A stretch of 63,571 bases of DNA, filler included, from Kipferlia bialata (GCA_003568945.1; 4 parts of 3 records of this genome joined end to end with filler, not necessarily neighbours in it), one strand, 5' to 3'. Counted from the first letter of the whole stretch, positions 40,154 through 52,496 are shown. Numbers and translations are program-made. The notes: generated by a model from the sequence alone, not told the origin.

Positions 40154-40200
<47 letters not shown>
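17171..40200 (-). CDS. DYNC2H1: Cytoplasmic dynein-2 heavy chain (DHC1b, retrograde IFT motor), partial, many introns
   Basis: Linker QRKVAYLEPV..YLDDKRRAFPRFYFVGD (35905-36402). AAA1 GNPYGPAGS|GKTETVK..FNCD..GAFGCFDEFNRL (34100-34500). AAA2 GEGRCGKT, WIVCDGDVDPEWVE|ALNSALDDNHLLTLASGERVRF. AAA3 GPRGSGKA. Stalk/MTBD LAVSQIPPRALQEVR. AAA5 LLSVLNEADGDIIDNE. C-terminal LQGAAW and PLYVGTDRE. GNPYGPAG and the 'ICDGD.DPEW' form match dynein-2. Confidence 0.9.
18255..18500 (-). repeat. Three ~100-nt tandem units, each an exon 3' end (EAWTGGMPSAPVSVQ) plus GT donor
   Basis: Direct repeats; visible as a triple peptide in ORF 18142-18558. Confidence 0.95.
19699..20420 (-). repeat. Exon-echo array: five copies of an exon 3' half plus donor, and three copies of its acceptor plus 5' half
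   Basis: PFAMCECLFNCASAT(S/A)Q|GT at ~19699, 19800, 19921, 20018, 20133. AG|EN.Q.LPPCVAS at ~20190, 20292, 20380. Confidence 0.95.
21209..23930 (-). repeat. Dense cluster of intronic duplicated exon termini within the dynein gene
   Basis: Pairs or triplets at 21209-21345, 21623-21772, 21842-22045, 22088-22265, 22330-22492, 22547-22790 and 23535-23930. Confidence 0.9.
39031..40110 (-). repeat. Exon-echo arrays (acceptor plus exon start)
   Basis: GAVALAEAE x3 (39031-39248), acceptor duplicate (39395-39535), ATTLSIPSPCHLTL x4 (39690-40110). Confidence 0.95.
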
Positions 40201-40203
<3 letters not shown>

Positions 40204-40303
40204 NNNNNNNNNNNNNNNNNNNNNNNNNNNNNNNNNNNNNNNNNNNNTTAATTAATTAANNNNNNNNNNNNNNNNNNNNNNNNNNNNNNNNNNNNNNNNN
40301 NNN
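40204..40303. other. Artificial contig linker N-TTAATTAATTAA-N
   Basis: 12-mer at 40248-40259 within Ns. Confidence 0.97.
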
Positions 40304-41201
40304 CATGGAACACCCCAGAGACTGGGTCGTACATCAGTACCTCATCTATCCCAGCATATCCGTCGTGAGGTGTGTACTTATACGCATAGTGTCTATCAGG
40401 TATCATCAGTATGAACCTCCCCACAGAGACCATATACTCCGGAAAAAATCCATGGGGACTTTTCACATCACAGTGAGCCAACCTGATCATCAACACTTCT
40501 AGGAAACTATGTCAATATTAGGTGACACTGTGGTGAAATGAACTTGTATGGTTCAGCAGGTGAGTATAGACAGACGTGTGGGAGGGTTTACATAGCGTTA
40601 CCATACCCGTGGTCCTCAGAGTAACTCCACCAACTTGGTGGCACCAAGTATCACACCTGCCACGGAAGTACACCACACCTTCATGTATGACACTGGCTCT
40701 GTACATGTGCAGCCGCAGTGCAGCCATGTCTAATGGATGTCTCCTCCAAACATGTGTCTCAGGGTCTAGGATCTCTGTGGTACCAACGTAGCTACTGGGA
40801 GCCCTTGACCCACCGAGCAGCAAGAGAGAGCCATTGACACAAAGACACATGGGTGTGATCCGAGGAATAGGTGTGTGCACAGTATCCTGCTCACTCTCAC
40901 CCATATACTCCTCACCCTCAATCTCCATCCACCGAAGCGTCGCAAGGTCAAGCTTGTACACAAGCGTCCTAACTGGAAGAATACGAGCGTCAAGGTCGTT
41001 GGTACCGTAACGGGTGACCCAGTTTACTACATACACAGACCCAAGCGAGTCAGAGGTTATCGTTATGTTGTACTTGGAAAAGGTGCTTTGCCGCCCACTT
41101 TTCGGTGTCGGTGGGGCAGCGATCAGTTCCCTTGAGAGGACACCCTCTTCGTCAACCCTTAGGATGTAGTACCTCATATGAGATTGACAGTAAGCATACA
41201 C
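40304..41201 (-). CDS. Divergent kelch-repeat-like protein, 3'-truncated by contig end
   Basis: VYKLDLATLRWMEI, CVNGSLLLLGG..TEILDPETHVW, VIHEGVVYFRG, SVGRFILMI, VLMYDPVSGVF. The two ORFs are probably joined by an intron near 40500-40600. A further 5' exon is likely. Confidence 0.65.
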
Positions 41202-41767
41202 TGACTGTTGCTAAATAGGCATATGTGCTATTATACAGTCCAGAGTAAGCGAATGACTTGTTGTTCGTTAGACAGATATGTTACCTGAACTCCCTGTTTA
41301 AATCAAGTACTCTCATCAGTGCACTGTTCCTCCCTAGCGACACAACTTGCTTTATGTGCCAATACTGACTATCAGATGGGAACCCTAACACGCATAATGA
41401 ATGCCAACAGGATGGTAAAGGGCACTATTCCTAATGATCTATGTTAGAGGGACTAGTAACAGTATTGTCCATGTGTCGTACCTTTAGGTCTTTGAGTACT
41501 GGCCTGTAGGAAGTGTACCACTCCTGGAATGACATGTTTACTGGGTGTCTGGTTGTGATATTCCTGTCTATATAGGGTAGCTGATACAGAACTTCCTCTG
41601 TTAGTAGAGTAGCGTGTGTATAGAGTCGGCTCTATACTACGTGACACCATGTTTCCACAGGAGGGCTTCACCTGTCCATGTCCAATATGTGCATCGCAAA
41701 TTCACCAGTAGATACATGTCTACAGTAAGTGGCTACGACACTTTCACGGTGAATTCTTCACCGAACC

Positions 41768-44700
41768 ATGATGGTATCACTGTTGAGTAAACAGTGTTTA
41801 CAGCTTCCATTAACAGCAGATGATATCCACTCTCGAGGAGCAAGACACGTCTATACAGACAGTGTGATGGTGCAAGTCTGGTTCGCTACTAGGTCATCTC
41901 CTGAAGGAGTGCTGTGTGATCCAAGACCCATTGAGTGGCAGGAGGGAAACCTGCTCAAAGTCCGTCTCTACCTCACGAGGCTGATGGCAGCAGTCCAGCC
42001 CATAGACTATTCCAGAGACCACGAGTATCCTGTAGTAGTGTATGATGCCATTGAGGATGACCTCTATCCATCTGCCGAGTGGAGCGACCCTCTTGATGAG
42101 GGAGTGACTCTCAACACTATGCCACCAGCACTCTTTAGAGACCTTACTAGGGTGACGAGAGATAACAGTGGCACGGTCCTGGTGATAACTCTGCCAGTGC
42201 TAGAGGTAAGTATCACACAAAGAATGTCCCATGTCTCTCCGCGGTGGAGTTGGTGAGATCCCTGCGTATTGACTATCAATATAGAGTATGGTTGGTTAGC
42301 AGTACCTTCGATAGTCAGAAAGATATTAATGTTGCCCACTGTAGAGGGATGTAACCCTGTCTCACACTAGCTCTGGTCTGATGTGTGCATGGACAGCTAC
42401 CACATCTCCAGAGAGGAGCATGAGTGGAGATCCCAGCACATTATGGTTGGCAGAGACGCAGCAGTAGTGTCATACGTATCCAATCTAGCGGTACAGCTGC
42501 TGACCATAGACTATGATGAGGACTACCCAGTGAATGCAGTAATAGGCGCACATGGCTCGGGAAAGACGGAGTTCGTTCACCAGGCACTATACAGGCTAAC
42601 AATTGACACTGACATTGCTGCTGCGGTACTACATGCGGTTGAGTGCAAGGTCAGAAAGATGCTCAACCGCAAGAGAGACCTGGCATCACGACTGGCTCGG
42701 CAACTGACTGCTTGCCTGATCTACACAGTGATAACAGGTCGCCTCATTGTCACAGATATCACTCACGTCCCCAGTGATAAAGCACAGTGTCATGTTGAGA
42801 GCCGGATCTGTCAAGGGCTGGAGGCGTCACGTCTGTCAATGCTGAGAATGGAGAACAATGCTACTCCGATGGGGTATGTGTCCTTCGCCCATCCCAATGA
42901 AGTGGCTGGGTCCTTCATCGGTATGGAAGCCATGGAGAGAGAGATGGACATGTACAGATGTATGTCCATACGCTCAGTGATGCCACTCTACCTCGCCAGA
43001 CTAGGTGTCTACCAGAGACGTTTCAGCGTCCAAGAGTCAGTGTTAGAGGTTATGGATATGGTGGGACTGGATGCCTCTACGTCAGACTCTACAGTGACTC
43101 AGCTACTCGGTGATGTAGTTAAGAAAGTTACAGGCACAACAAAAACAGACTGTCGGGTCCCTGTTTTTGTGGTTGTCGAAGGGGTGTCGGAGGCAAACAA
43201 GAAGCTCTTCAGGTGGATGGCACATGGAATCCAACGCCACTCATTGGTGTTTGCAGTGTCTGGAACCTCGCATGACAGTATATGGACAGCAACCATTGAG
43301 ACCCACATGGCTATCAAACCATACAGACTTGAGGTACAGACAAGTATACTCTTTGACCTGTATATAGAGCATGAATATCAAGTACCTCACACAGGCTATC
43401 ACCCGGGTGCCAGATACCTGCCGTTTCATCTGTGACAACCACGGGGTGCCAGGGTCCCTGTCTCCTATTCAAGGTGTTACAAGGGCTGATCTGGCCAGGG
43501 GTGTCTGGTGCCTGTTCCAGTGTGGGGGTGACCCTAGTCTGTTCCTTGAGGCATCGGATGGTTTCACCCACACTGGGCAGTGGGTGGTTCCTTGCACAGC
43601 AGGAAGATACAACGTAGACTCAGAAGTGTACACACTGCTTCAAGCATTCTCTCTGTGTGGTCAGCGGGTGGATACAGGGTTCTTGGTGGGTGACGCCACT
43701 TGGAGAATGGAAGACCTGGAGAGGCTTGGTGTTTCTCTCACTCCCTATACAACACCGCCCCTTAGTAGCCTCAGGCACAGCACTGCCCACTTCTGTCACT
43801 TCTGTGTACCAATGGTACCCATACTGTATCAGGAGGGCAACCACAGAAATCGTGCCCCCCCAGACACTGTCTCTCTCAGGTCCCTCTTCAGTACCATGCT
43901 TGACTGCTATGTCAACAGACACTCAGCAACCCACAACCAAGGTCTCAATGCAGGTCCATCTGTCTCCCTCATTACAAATCCTTCCCATCTGGGTTTCCCA
44001 GACTCTGTCGACCATTGGATCCCACACGGTATCGAGACGCTCTACATGACCATTCTACTCGAGAGAGCTAGACTGAGCAGGTATTTGGGTTGTGGGAACA
44101 GAAGCGTGAGGTTAGACCGCATCTTTGGTGTCCCTCACATGCCCATTCAGCCATCGGCCACAGTAGAAAGACAAATCACATTCCAGATGGATAATCTCTG
44201 GCAAAGCCACCCCAGGAAGTGCCTGAGAGACTATGGCACCCCTGGTCAGAGTGTGTATCACTCAGAGTTCATTGGCAGACTTGGCATCCCTGTCTTCGCA
44301 CCTCAAGAGGCTGCCCCAGAGTATCAGCACACTCTAATGAGACTAGATCACCCCTTGATGTCTGACACTCTCTTCGCAGAGAATGCTGAAACGCATGGCA
44401 CTATATCGGGAGAGATGTCTATCCTGAATGTCCAGGAGGGTGATGCCCCCATATGGTTCCTGAACACTCCCAATGCGCCTGGCCCAGGGTGGGGTCTGGT
44501 CGATGCCCGTGGCCCAATCTACGGATACACAACAGTGTCCAGCCACGAGAGTCACGTGCTGATAGACCAGTACCTAAAGGCAGCTTTGTGCTCGCCAGCA
44601 CCCACACTGATAGTCAGTGTCAGCCCAGTAGAGATGGACACTAGGATCATCACTCCTGGGCACTGGGTGCTAGCAGGTATTGTTATATGATACTATATAT

Positions 44701-44943
44701 GCTATACCTTACAATACATGAGTACTACCCGCAGACACCATAGAGAAGAGACACACCATGGTCCGTGAGTGGTTGAAGACCAACCCCTGTGGATGGGAGG
44801 AGGGACCTATCAACAGAGCACGTGCCTTGCTAGGTACCCTCACAGAAGAGACCACACAACTGCTGTCTATACCACATGTTGTGCTGGGTGAGGAGGCATT
44901 TGGGCCTGTACTTGGCGGGATAGTGGGTCCTGTCTACAAGTAG
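41768..44943 (+). CDS. Crinkler/RHS-like (CR-type) protein: Ubl-like header, P-loop NTPase, putative C-terminal REase-fold; 4 exons, ~963 aa
   Basis: Exons 41768-42205, 42371-43333, 43395-44676 and 44735-44943 splice in frame through GT..AG introns. Walker A GAHGSGKT, Walker-B-like VFVVVEG, GxP motif NHGVPG. The header ends TVLVITLP. The gene model is solid; the family call is inferential. Confidence 0.65.
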
Positions 44944-45149
44944 ATGTGTTGCCCATACATCGAGCTTCTTCAACGTTTGACTAGTGTCTATATCCATATA
45001 TGCGTCTCCGAAATCAACCAACACAGAATACTCTGGAATGATATTATATTTAGCATGCACATACCTGTAATTATAGGCCAGCAAAGTACTGAGATGATGC
45101 TGCTGTCAAGTGTGAGTGGCTAGACTAGTAACAGCCTGTGCCCTATGAC

Positions 45150-45270
45150 CATGAATGTGATGTACTCAGGTCTCACCACCCTCTCATCCACATCCACTAC
45201 TGTGTGGCCACGACCCAGTGGGTTGAACCCACTACCAGCATACGTTAAGCATGACAACGCTTGGTTTCTA
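45150..45270 (-). pseudogene. Degraded 3' fragment of the adjacent kelch-like gene family
   Basis: TGTGATGTA..CACCCTCTCATCCACATCCACTACT matches 48341-48386 and 46240-46286. No intact ORF. Confidence 0.6.
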
Positions 45271-45634
45271 CTTTCGAGACTGAAAGGTCCAAGTAACTTA
45301 CTTGACGTAAGGCAATGGACTCTGCTACAACAAAGTCACCGTACACAGAGTCGAGCTCTCTTGCTAGTTGGATGATCTTCCTCATACTCAACACAGAGCT
45401 CGTTTCGCCTTTCTAGACAGCAACAGCTGCACCTCCTCCTGTTACCTCCGAATATAGAGACGATTCTAAATGGAAGCTGCTTCTCTTCTTATAATTGTAA
45501 GAGGCGATGATCTCGGTCCAAATCGCATCTACACTTAAGTTTCACCGAATGGACACATCTCGATAAGGCGAGTACATTAGGAGTCCTAGTCTAGTAGAGC
45601 AGTAAGTGCAGCTCTAATTGTCACAGTATGTGGT

Positions 45635-45752
45635 TTAGCGGTACTCCTAATGGTTAGGAGTCCTAACTTAGGACGCTAATATCTCGCACTATTGAAGGGA
45701 ATCCCCTCAGGGGATGATGCATCATAATGCGAAGACACCGCATATTATGATA
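45635..45752. repeat. Cluster of overlapping perfect inverted repeats
   Basis: ACTCCTAA-tgg-TTAGGAGT, GTCCTAA-c-TTAGGAC, ATCCCCT-c-AGGGGAT, ATGATGCATCAT, ATCATAAT..ATTATGAT. Confidence 0.85.
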
Positions 45753-46205
45753 TTGGTAAGTAGATAGAGCTCATGCTCTCGTTGTCTCTTCTTTGGAATA
45801 GTTTTGGATAATGGAATACAGTGGTCGTGAGATTGGGTAAAGACTCCACAAATAGACTCAAGCAATGAAAACAATATACGTCAGTGGTAGCAGGACTGCT
45901 AGGGATACAGAGGTCACAAGCCATACCAGAAGGAGTATCATTCTGCCTCTACAGCAGCACCGCGATTGGGGGTTAGAGCTTATCTACCCATCTGGTCTCA
46001 GGCGACGCCTATACATACCATGGCCGTATTTAACTGTCCAAGTATAGAATACTGGGTCCTACTATATTTATATACATCTTCACGTGTTATTGTCTGTGGA
46101 ACACAAGATGATTCATGTCTCTATTGATGAAATACACTGCGATGACAGAAAAAGAGATTGACCACATTATTTGGTCAGGTGTAACTAACAATCAAGGTGA
46201 TCTCT

Positions 46206-47347
46206 TCAAAGTATTCGCCACCAATCCTCTGTGGTCATAGATATGATGTATTCGGGTCCCAGAACACTCTCATCCACATCCACTACCAGCGTGTCACTAC
46301 ACCCAACGACCAAGAGGGTGGTGGGGTTGAGCATGACGCAGCTAGCTTTGCTGTCAGCGTAATGAACTACAACGAGTGGAAGGGACCTCAGCACTACAAA
46401 GTCGAGTGAAATGGGATCCAGGATAGCCATTCTAGCTTCTCTCTCTCCTTGAATGGATTGGTCGACACATAGCATGTGACGCCCAAAAAGGCACCCGCCC
46501 CCTAGCCATCTCTCACTTTCTCCCCAGAGAGTGTGGAATGTGAAGGGGAGAGGCTCTGCCTTCCACCCACTAGTTGGGTGGAATGTGAGGTGGTGCCTAT
46601 CAGAAGAGTTGTATTCATGGTGAACAGTCCCGAGGGTGTAACCGAATGCATTGAATCCAAACAATGGGTGAGGGAGTCGACCATGCTGTGTCCACTGACG
46701 TGTCTCCAGGTTCCACTCCCAGGTGTCGTATCGATGAGCACCAACTGGACCGAAGTCATCAGTTCCGCCAACCACAAAGAGAGAGTCCCCAATTGCAAAT
46801 AGATAGGAGACGAGCTGGTGATATGGGCAACAGTCTGATGTGTGTGGAATGGTCTCCCACTCTTGTGTCTCGAGAGAGTAGACAGCCAGACACCAGACAG
46901 GGACTTCGATATCTTGGGCTTCCCAGAAGCGAAACCCGCCATAGGCTACCACATAGTTACCAACCCTTGTCAGCTGGATGGCATGGATATCAGCAGTGTT
47001 CTCTGGACCCCCTATGCTCTCCTCTAGTACTGTACGGTCTGGCTGGAGAGTCATAATAAGCCACGTGCGGCGGTGACGCACAGTGTATGTGACCATGGCT
47101 CTAGTGTGGTCCAGTGCTACCGCCTGAATTGAGTGAACATATAGTATATCAGCTGCAGTCAGCTGTCTATCACCTACTCTGACCTAGGTGCACTCCCAAT
47201 ACGTATATTGAAGGACCCTATACACCGTATGTTACCAGCGGTTCAGTTCATTACCTGAGTGTATAGACGACCATGCCTGAGAACATCAGCGTCAGTCTCA
47301 GATGGAAGGGGGGGCAGGGCAGTGGTTACACGACTGAACCACTCCAT
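46206..47347 (-). CDS. Kelch-repeat-like protein, tandem copy A (exons 47347-47255, 47123-46206)
   Basis: MEWFSRVTTALPP..YTQ|AVALDHTRAMVTY in frame across a GTAATG..TTCAG intron. Kelch-like VGNYVVAYGG..VYSLETQEWE and IGDSLFVVGG..DTWEWNLETRQW. Confidence 0.8.
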
Positions 47348-48316
47348 AGCCGTAGACCAGTGTTGTTGGGTCAGTTGAGCGAGAGAGTGATAGGTGACTG
47401 GCAGTGCTGGCTGCCACCGACTACTATAGATGCTGGGCGGGAGTGACAGTGGCGGGTAGATGGCAAGGTGTGAGAAGGGAGATGTTGTGGTTTTGGCCGA
47501 GACTGCGAGGTTACAATGCCGCCATCTCTCTGTCCCATTAGGCCATCTTCTGTGTTTGTGGCAGATGCATAGATTAAGATATGGACAACGGGTACGGTAG
47601 CGACATTCAGGCCTACTTTGATACTTGACGTGAAGCCATTAAGCCGAGGAACTGCCACATTCTTGGTACATATGAGTGGACACAACTATTCACCTATTGG
47701 TACAACATGGAATGAATAGTGATGTAGACCATTCATCCGTGGCTCAGACGATCATCTACCACAGTATTTGCACTACATACTGGAGCAGTAGAAGTGCTCA
47801 AAGGTGTTAGACCCTGGTACACAACTCTTGTGGCAACACTTACCCTCACAGGAACCTGGATTTAGAGAGTAGTAGAAATCAATGTGGGAGAGATACCAAG
47901 AGCTACACAAACACCTAGCTACGTTTCCATATCTTCACTTCCTAAATACCCTGATGGTAACATACAATGCGCACACCGACAGAAAGCTAGAAACATGGTT
48001 ACTGTTACCCATGAGTACTCTGGTACTGTGGTGGCCATTCCTAAGTCAGACTGATGTATCTGTCAGGAAGGCACAACGATGACCATTAACTACGATACTT
48101 GTGATGACTGATGGATGTTTAACAGTTACTATAATGAGTCACCTGGTGAGAGGCACATGGTGGCTTCTGAAATACCGCAGCTGTCAACACATAGTCTTAT
48201 ATGTGTCACCGGAATGCATTAATGCATAGGGTGTCTCGTATGATCTATTATTGGTAAAGGACATACACGTAGCTTAAGGAGAGTCGGTCAGTTTTCTTCG
48301 AAGTGTTGGATTATGC

Positions 48317-49443
48317 TTAGCTGTATGGTGTGGTCATTGATGTGATGTATTGGGGTACCATCACCCTCTCATCCACATCCACTACTAGTGTATCGACACA
48401 CCCAACTACAAGGAGGGTGGTGGGGTTGAGCATGACCAGGCTAGCTATGTTGTCAATGTATCGACCTACAACGAGTGGAAGGTACTTAAGCACTTCAAGG
48501 TCGAGTGAAATTGGATCCAGCATAGCCACTCTAGCCTCCCTCTGTCCTGGAATGGAAGCGTCAATACACAGCATATGGCGCCCAAAACAGCACCCGCCCC
48601 CTAACTCTTTAAGTCCTTCTCCACAAATGGTGTGGAATGTGAAGGTAAGAGGCTCTACCTTCCAGCCAGTAGCTACGCTGAACGTGAAGTGGAGATTCTT
48701 GTCAGGGGCGTATGCATGATGAACACTTCCAGTGGTGTAACCGTATGCAGTGAATGCCAATAAATGGTGAGGAAGTGGACCATGCTTAGTCCACTGACGT
48801 GTCTCTAGGTTCCACTCCCATGTGTCGTAACGATACCCCCCTTGACCAAGTACATCACATCCGCCAACCACAAAGAGAGAGTCCCCAATTGCAAACAGAT
48901 AGGATTGGAACTGGTGGTATGGGCAACAGTCTGGTGTGTATTGAATGGTCTCCCACTCTTGTGTCTCGAGAGAGTAGACAGCCAGACACCAGACCGAGGC
49001 TTCGGTACGTTGGGCCACCCAATGACGGAACCTCCCATAGGCTACCACATAATTACCAACCCTTCTCAGCTGGATGTCAAGAACATCAGCAGTATTCTCT
49101 GGACCCTCTATCCACTCCTCTATCACTGTACGGTCTGGCTGGAGAGTCATAATACTCCATGTGCGGCGGTCACGCACAGAGTATGTGACCATGGCTCTGA
49201 TGTGGTCCAGTGCCACTGCCTAAAGTGAGTGGACATATACTATATCAGCTGCAGTTAGCTGTCTATCACCGACTCCGACCTAGGAGCACTCCCATATTGT
49301 AGTGGCAAGGGCGCTATTCGCCGTATGTTACCAGCGTCTCATTTCATTACCTGAGTGAATTGACGACCATGTCTGAGAACATCATCGTCAGTCTCACTTG
49401 TGATGGGGGGCAGAGCCGTGGTCACACGTGTGAACCACTCCAT
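48317..49443 (-). CDS. Kelch-repeat-like protein, tandem copy B (exons 49443-49351, 49219-48317)
   Basis: Paralog of 46206-47347 with the same intron position, homologous intron and homologous upstream region (~2.1-kb duplication unit). Confidence 0.8.
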
Positions 49444-50217
49444 AACCGTAGACCGGTATTGATGGGTCAGTTGAGCGAGAGAGTGTTAGGTGGCTTGCAG
49501 TGTCGACAGTGCTGGCTCCTACAATATACTATAGATGCTTGGTGAGAGTGATGGTCCCTGGTAGAAGGCCAGGTGTGAGAAGAGAGAGGTGGTGAATATG
49601 ACATAGGCTGCGAAGTTAGAGTAACGCCATCTCTCTGTCCCATCAGGCCATCTTCTGTGTTTACACTGTAAACTTTACAGGAACAGCATAGACACTTGAT
49701 GTACAACGGGCCTCGTATATATCGAGTATTAACCGACATAGAGTACTGCTTTGACCATCGGAATATAGCCACTGAGCCAAAGGACTGCCACAGCCATATG
49801 GTCATAAGAGTCCCATGTACGTCCATTAATAATCTATTCGTACAACATGATACACGGGAACTGAATCTTAGACATATTCATACGGCTCCTCCCGTAGGGC
49901 ACCGATATAGTAGTCACAGCCACAAGAGACGACTAGTAAATATATCGATATACAAAAACCGATATACAAGAATCGATATACATCCCAAACTTCAGATACT
50001 TCAGTACTGTTTTATCATGAGCTCATAGTGCTGTTCTATTAACTTGACAACAGAATGCGTGTAAGAAATGGTAAACTAATTGAAAATGAACCTCGGGTCG
50101 ACTCTGTGACCCGCCACTTAGAGTAAGAGACGGAACCTGCCCCAGAAACACAACACCACTCCATCTTGGAGTGACGGTGGGTCCTATCTCTCCCTCTTTG
50201 AAAGGGAGGTATCCCTC

Positions 50218-52440
50218 TCACTTGGGGATGCCAAGGGTGGGGGCTCTCCTCTTCCTCTCCTGGGGTTATATAGGGTATATGCATCTATATATATATATAT
50301 ATGTAGATGCACATGTAGATACGTATATATATATATGTATGTATGTATGTATATATGAGTATAATGAGATGTATATATGCAAAATCACCTTCCTCTTCCT
50401 CTCCTGGGGCATGGAATGAGATGTATGTAAATATACAATAATCTATATACATAAAGAATATAAATTTAGTACCATATACATATAGGACACACTAAAGTAC
50501 ACCATAGAGTACACTATCGTACCTTCTCCTTCCTCTGGTTTCTCTTGAAGGCCTCGAAGCATGCGTTGTACCTCTGACTATGCATAGGGCCCTAGGGGTT
50601 AGGAATATATATATATAAATATATCGAAAGAGAGAGAAGTATACATATATCCACAAACATGTATATATACATGTATATGGAGAGAGGGTGAGAATCTGGC
50701 TGTGCCTGCATAGGGCCTTGGGGGTTAGGATCATATATACAAAGACACGCACTAATATAAAATTGTGTATAGAATATTGTATTTGGTACAATTATCTCCA
50801 TGGTGCAGGTGCGTCAACTATCTTGAATACTGATATGTATTTCTGATGAATCTTATCGTACTGAATGGTGTATCGACAGTATACAGAATATAGGTACCTT
50901 GAGGGGACTGCATGCTTTGGGGCTGTCATCTCTGTTGTGGAACACAGTGCCTGGGGGTGGGGGTGTATAAATAAATATATATATATATAGTTATATAGTA
51001 GTACATACATGAGTAGAATAGAATCATATTGTGTTATACTCACGGGTTTCTCTGCTATGGAACACATGTCATGGATAAAGGGACAAGTGCCACACAATAC
51101 ATAGTGTCCCATAGAGCCATTTCAAACATTCATACCTTCCGCCACCGAGCCACATACACGGAGTGTGTACCCATACATATGAATAGTATAGTGTAGTTCC
51201 ATACCTCCTGCCACAGACCCATATCTACTGAGTATACATATATGTGTGTGTGGAACTTGATACAAATATGTATGGTGTATATTGTACAGTATAGCACCAT
51301 ACCTCCTGCCACCGACCCACATCCAAACAGGTCGTAGTGGCACACGCGCTTGGCAACTAAGGTTAGAAGAATGTTAGAGGAGTGTTAGAGTGGCAGGGGA
51401 GGGGGGAGAGTATGGAAGCTAATACACTTGTTCACTGCATGGACAAAAGAGGATTAGGGTGGAGTACTTGGAGAGAGAGATATATATATATACCCTACCT
51501 GTGTTCCTGCCAGCTGCCGTGGCCGGGTACTGTCTCAGCTGGTGGTCCTGAGGTGGGAATAGTTGTATCTCCTATATAGGACATATAGTGAGTGTTCATG
51601 ACAAGAGAATATATGTCTGGACAGTTCATTGGTGGGAACAAGAGAGAGAGAGAGGGAGAGAGAAGTAGTACCTCACTGCGTGTCTTTGCCAGAATGTCAG
51701 ATGGCATATATATATATACTGGGTCTATATATACACATATGTATATATTACCTCGCTGCGTGTCTTTGCCAGAATGTCATGGCATATATATATACTGGGT
51801 ATATATTCATACATACACATGTATATAATACCTCGCTGCGTGTCTTTGCCATTATGTCCGAGGCAGTCACTATGTGCCCCCCATCACTCTCTGTCTCTCT
51901 CCCCTTCTCCCCCTCCCTCTCCTCCTCAGTGGTCTCTCCCTCAGTCTCTCTCTCCCTCTGAGAGTGTGTGTTTCTCTCTCTCCCCCTCTCCCTACCACCG
52001 CACATACCTCTGTTCAGCACTGCCACCTCGTGGTAGATGTCAGAGTCAGACATGCCCTGGGGGGTGAGACGAAATGGCGTAATAGATGTAGGTATTGGGG
52101 AGGGGGGGAGGAAGAGAGAGAGAAAGAGAGAGACACCACACGGGTGTCAAGAAGATGGGGCGGGAGGGATGAGACACGAGAGAGAACGTAGATTGACATA
52201 TCACCCAGTGAGGGACACATCAAGTGGTCAATATGAAGAGAGAGAGGGAGAGCACTCACGTTGAGCTCTGTCTCTGTGTGGAAGAATGACATGGGTGAGA
52301 GGGGGGCATCGACAGTCTCTCTCTCTCTCTCTCTCTCCCTGGGGGAGTCTCCTGCTGTGCGATAGCCTGAGGTCAGTACACATATGTAGAACATGAAAAG
52401 ATAAAGTGGCACCTCATACAATACAATATACCAATCCAGT
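50218..52440 (-). CDS. Multi-exon gene 3' part; C-terminal Cys/His motif resembling a Luc7-type zinc finger
   Basis: Phase-consistent splicing gives ..DIMAKTRSE|DHQLRQYPATAAGRNT|VAKRVCHYDLFGCGSVAG|GTVFHNRDDSPKACSPLK|GPMHSQRYNACFEAFKRNQRKEK|ERKRRAPTLGIPK-TGA. Confidence 0.55.
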
Positions 52441-52496
52441 ATCAGTGTAGGAGACGGGGGGGGGGGGGGGGGGGGGGGGAAAATGACCTATTTTTG

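Noticed and set aside
17171..40200. Trans-spliced or split dynein as in Giardia
   Set aside because: Exons are collinear and cis-linked by ordinary introns. The missing N-terminus coincides with a contig end.
43314..43435. Apparent frameshift or overlap between ORFs 42383-43435 and 43371-44690
   Set aside because: Explained by a 61-nt GT..CTCACACAG intron (43334-43394).
386..49443. Non-standard genetic code (TAA/TAG = Gln as in hexamitid diplomonads)
   Set aside because: Long exons lack in-frame TAR, and genes end in TAG (386, 44943), TAA (48317) and TGA (46206).
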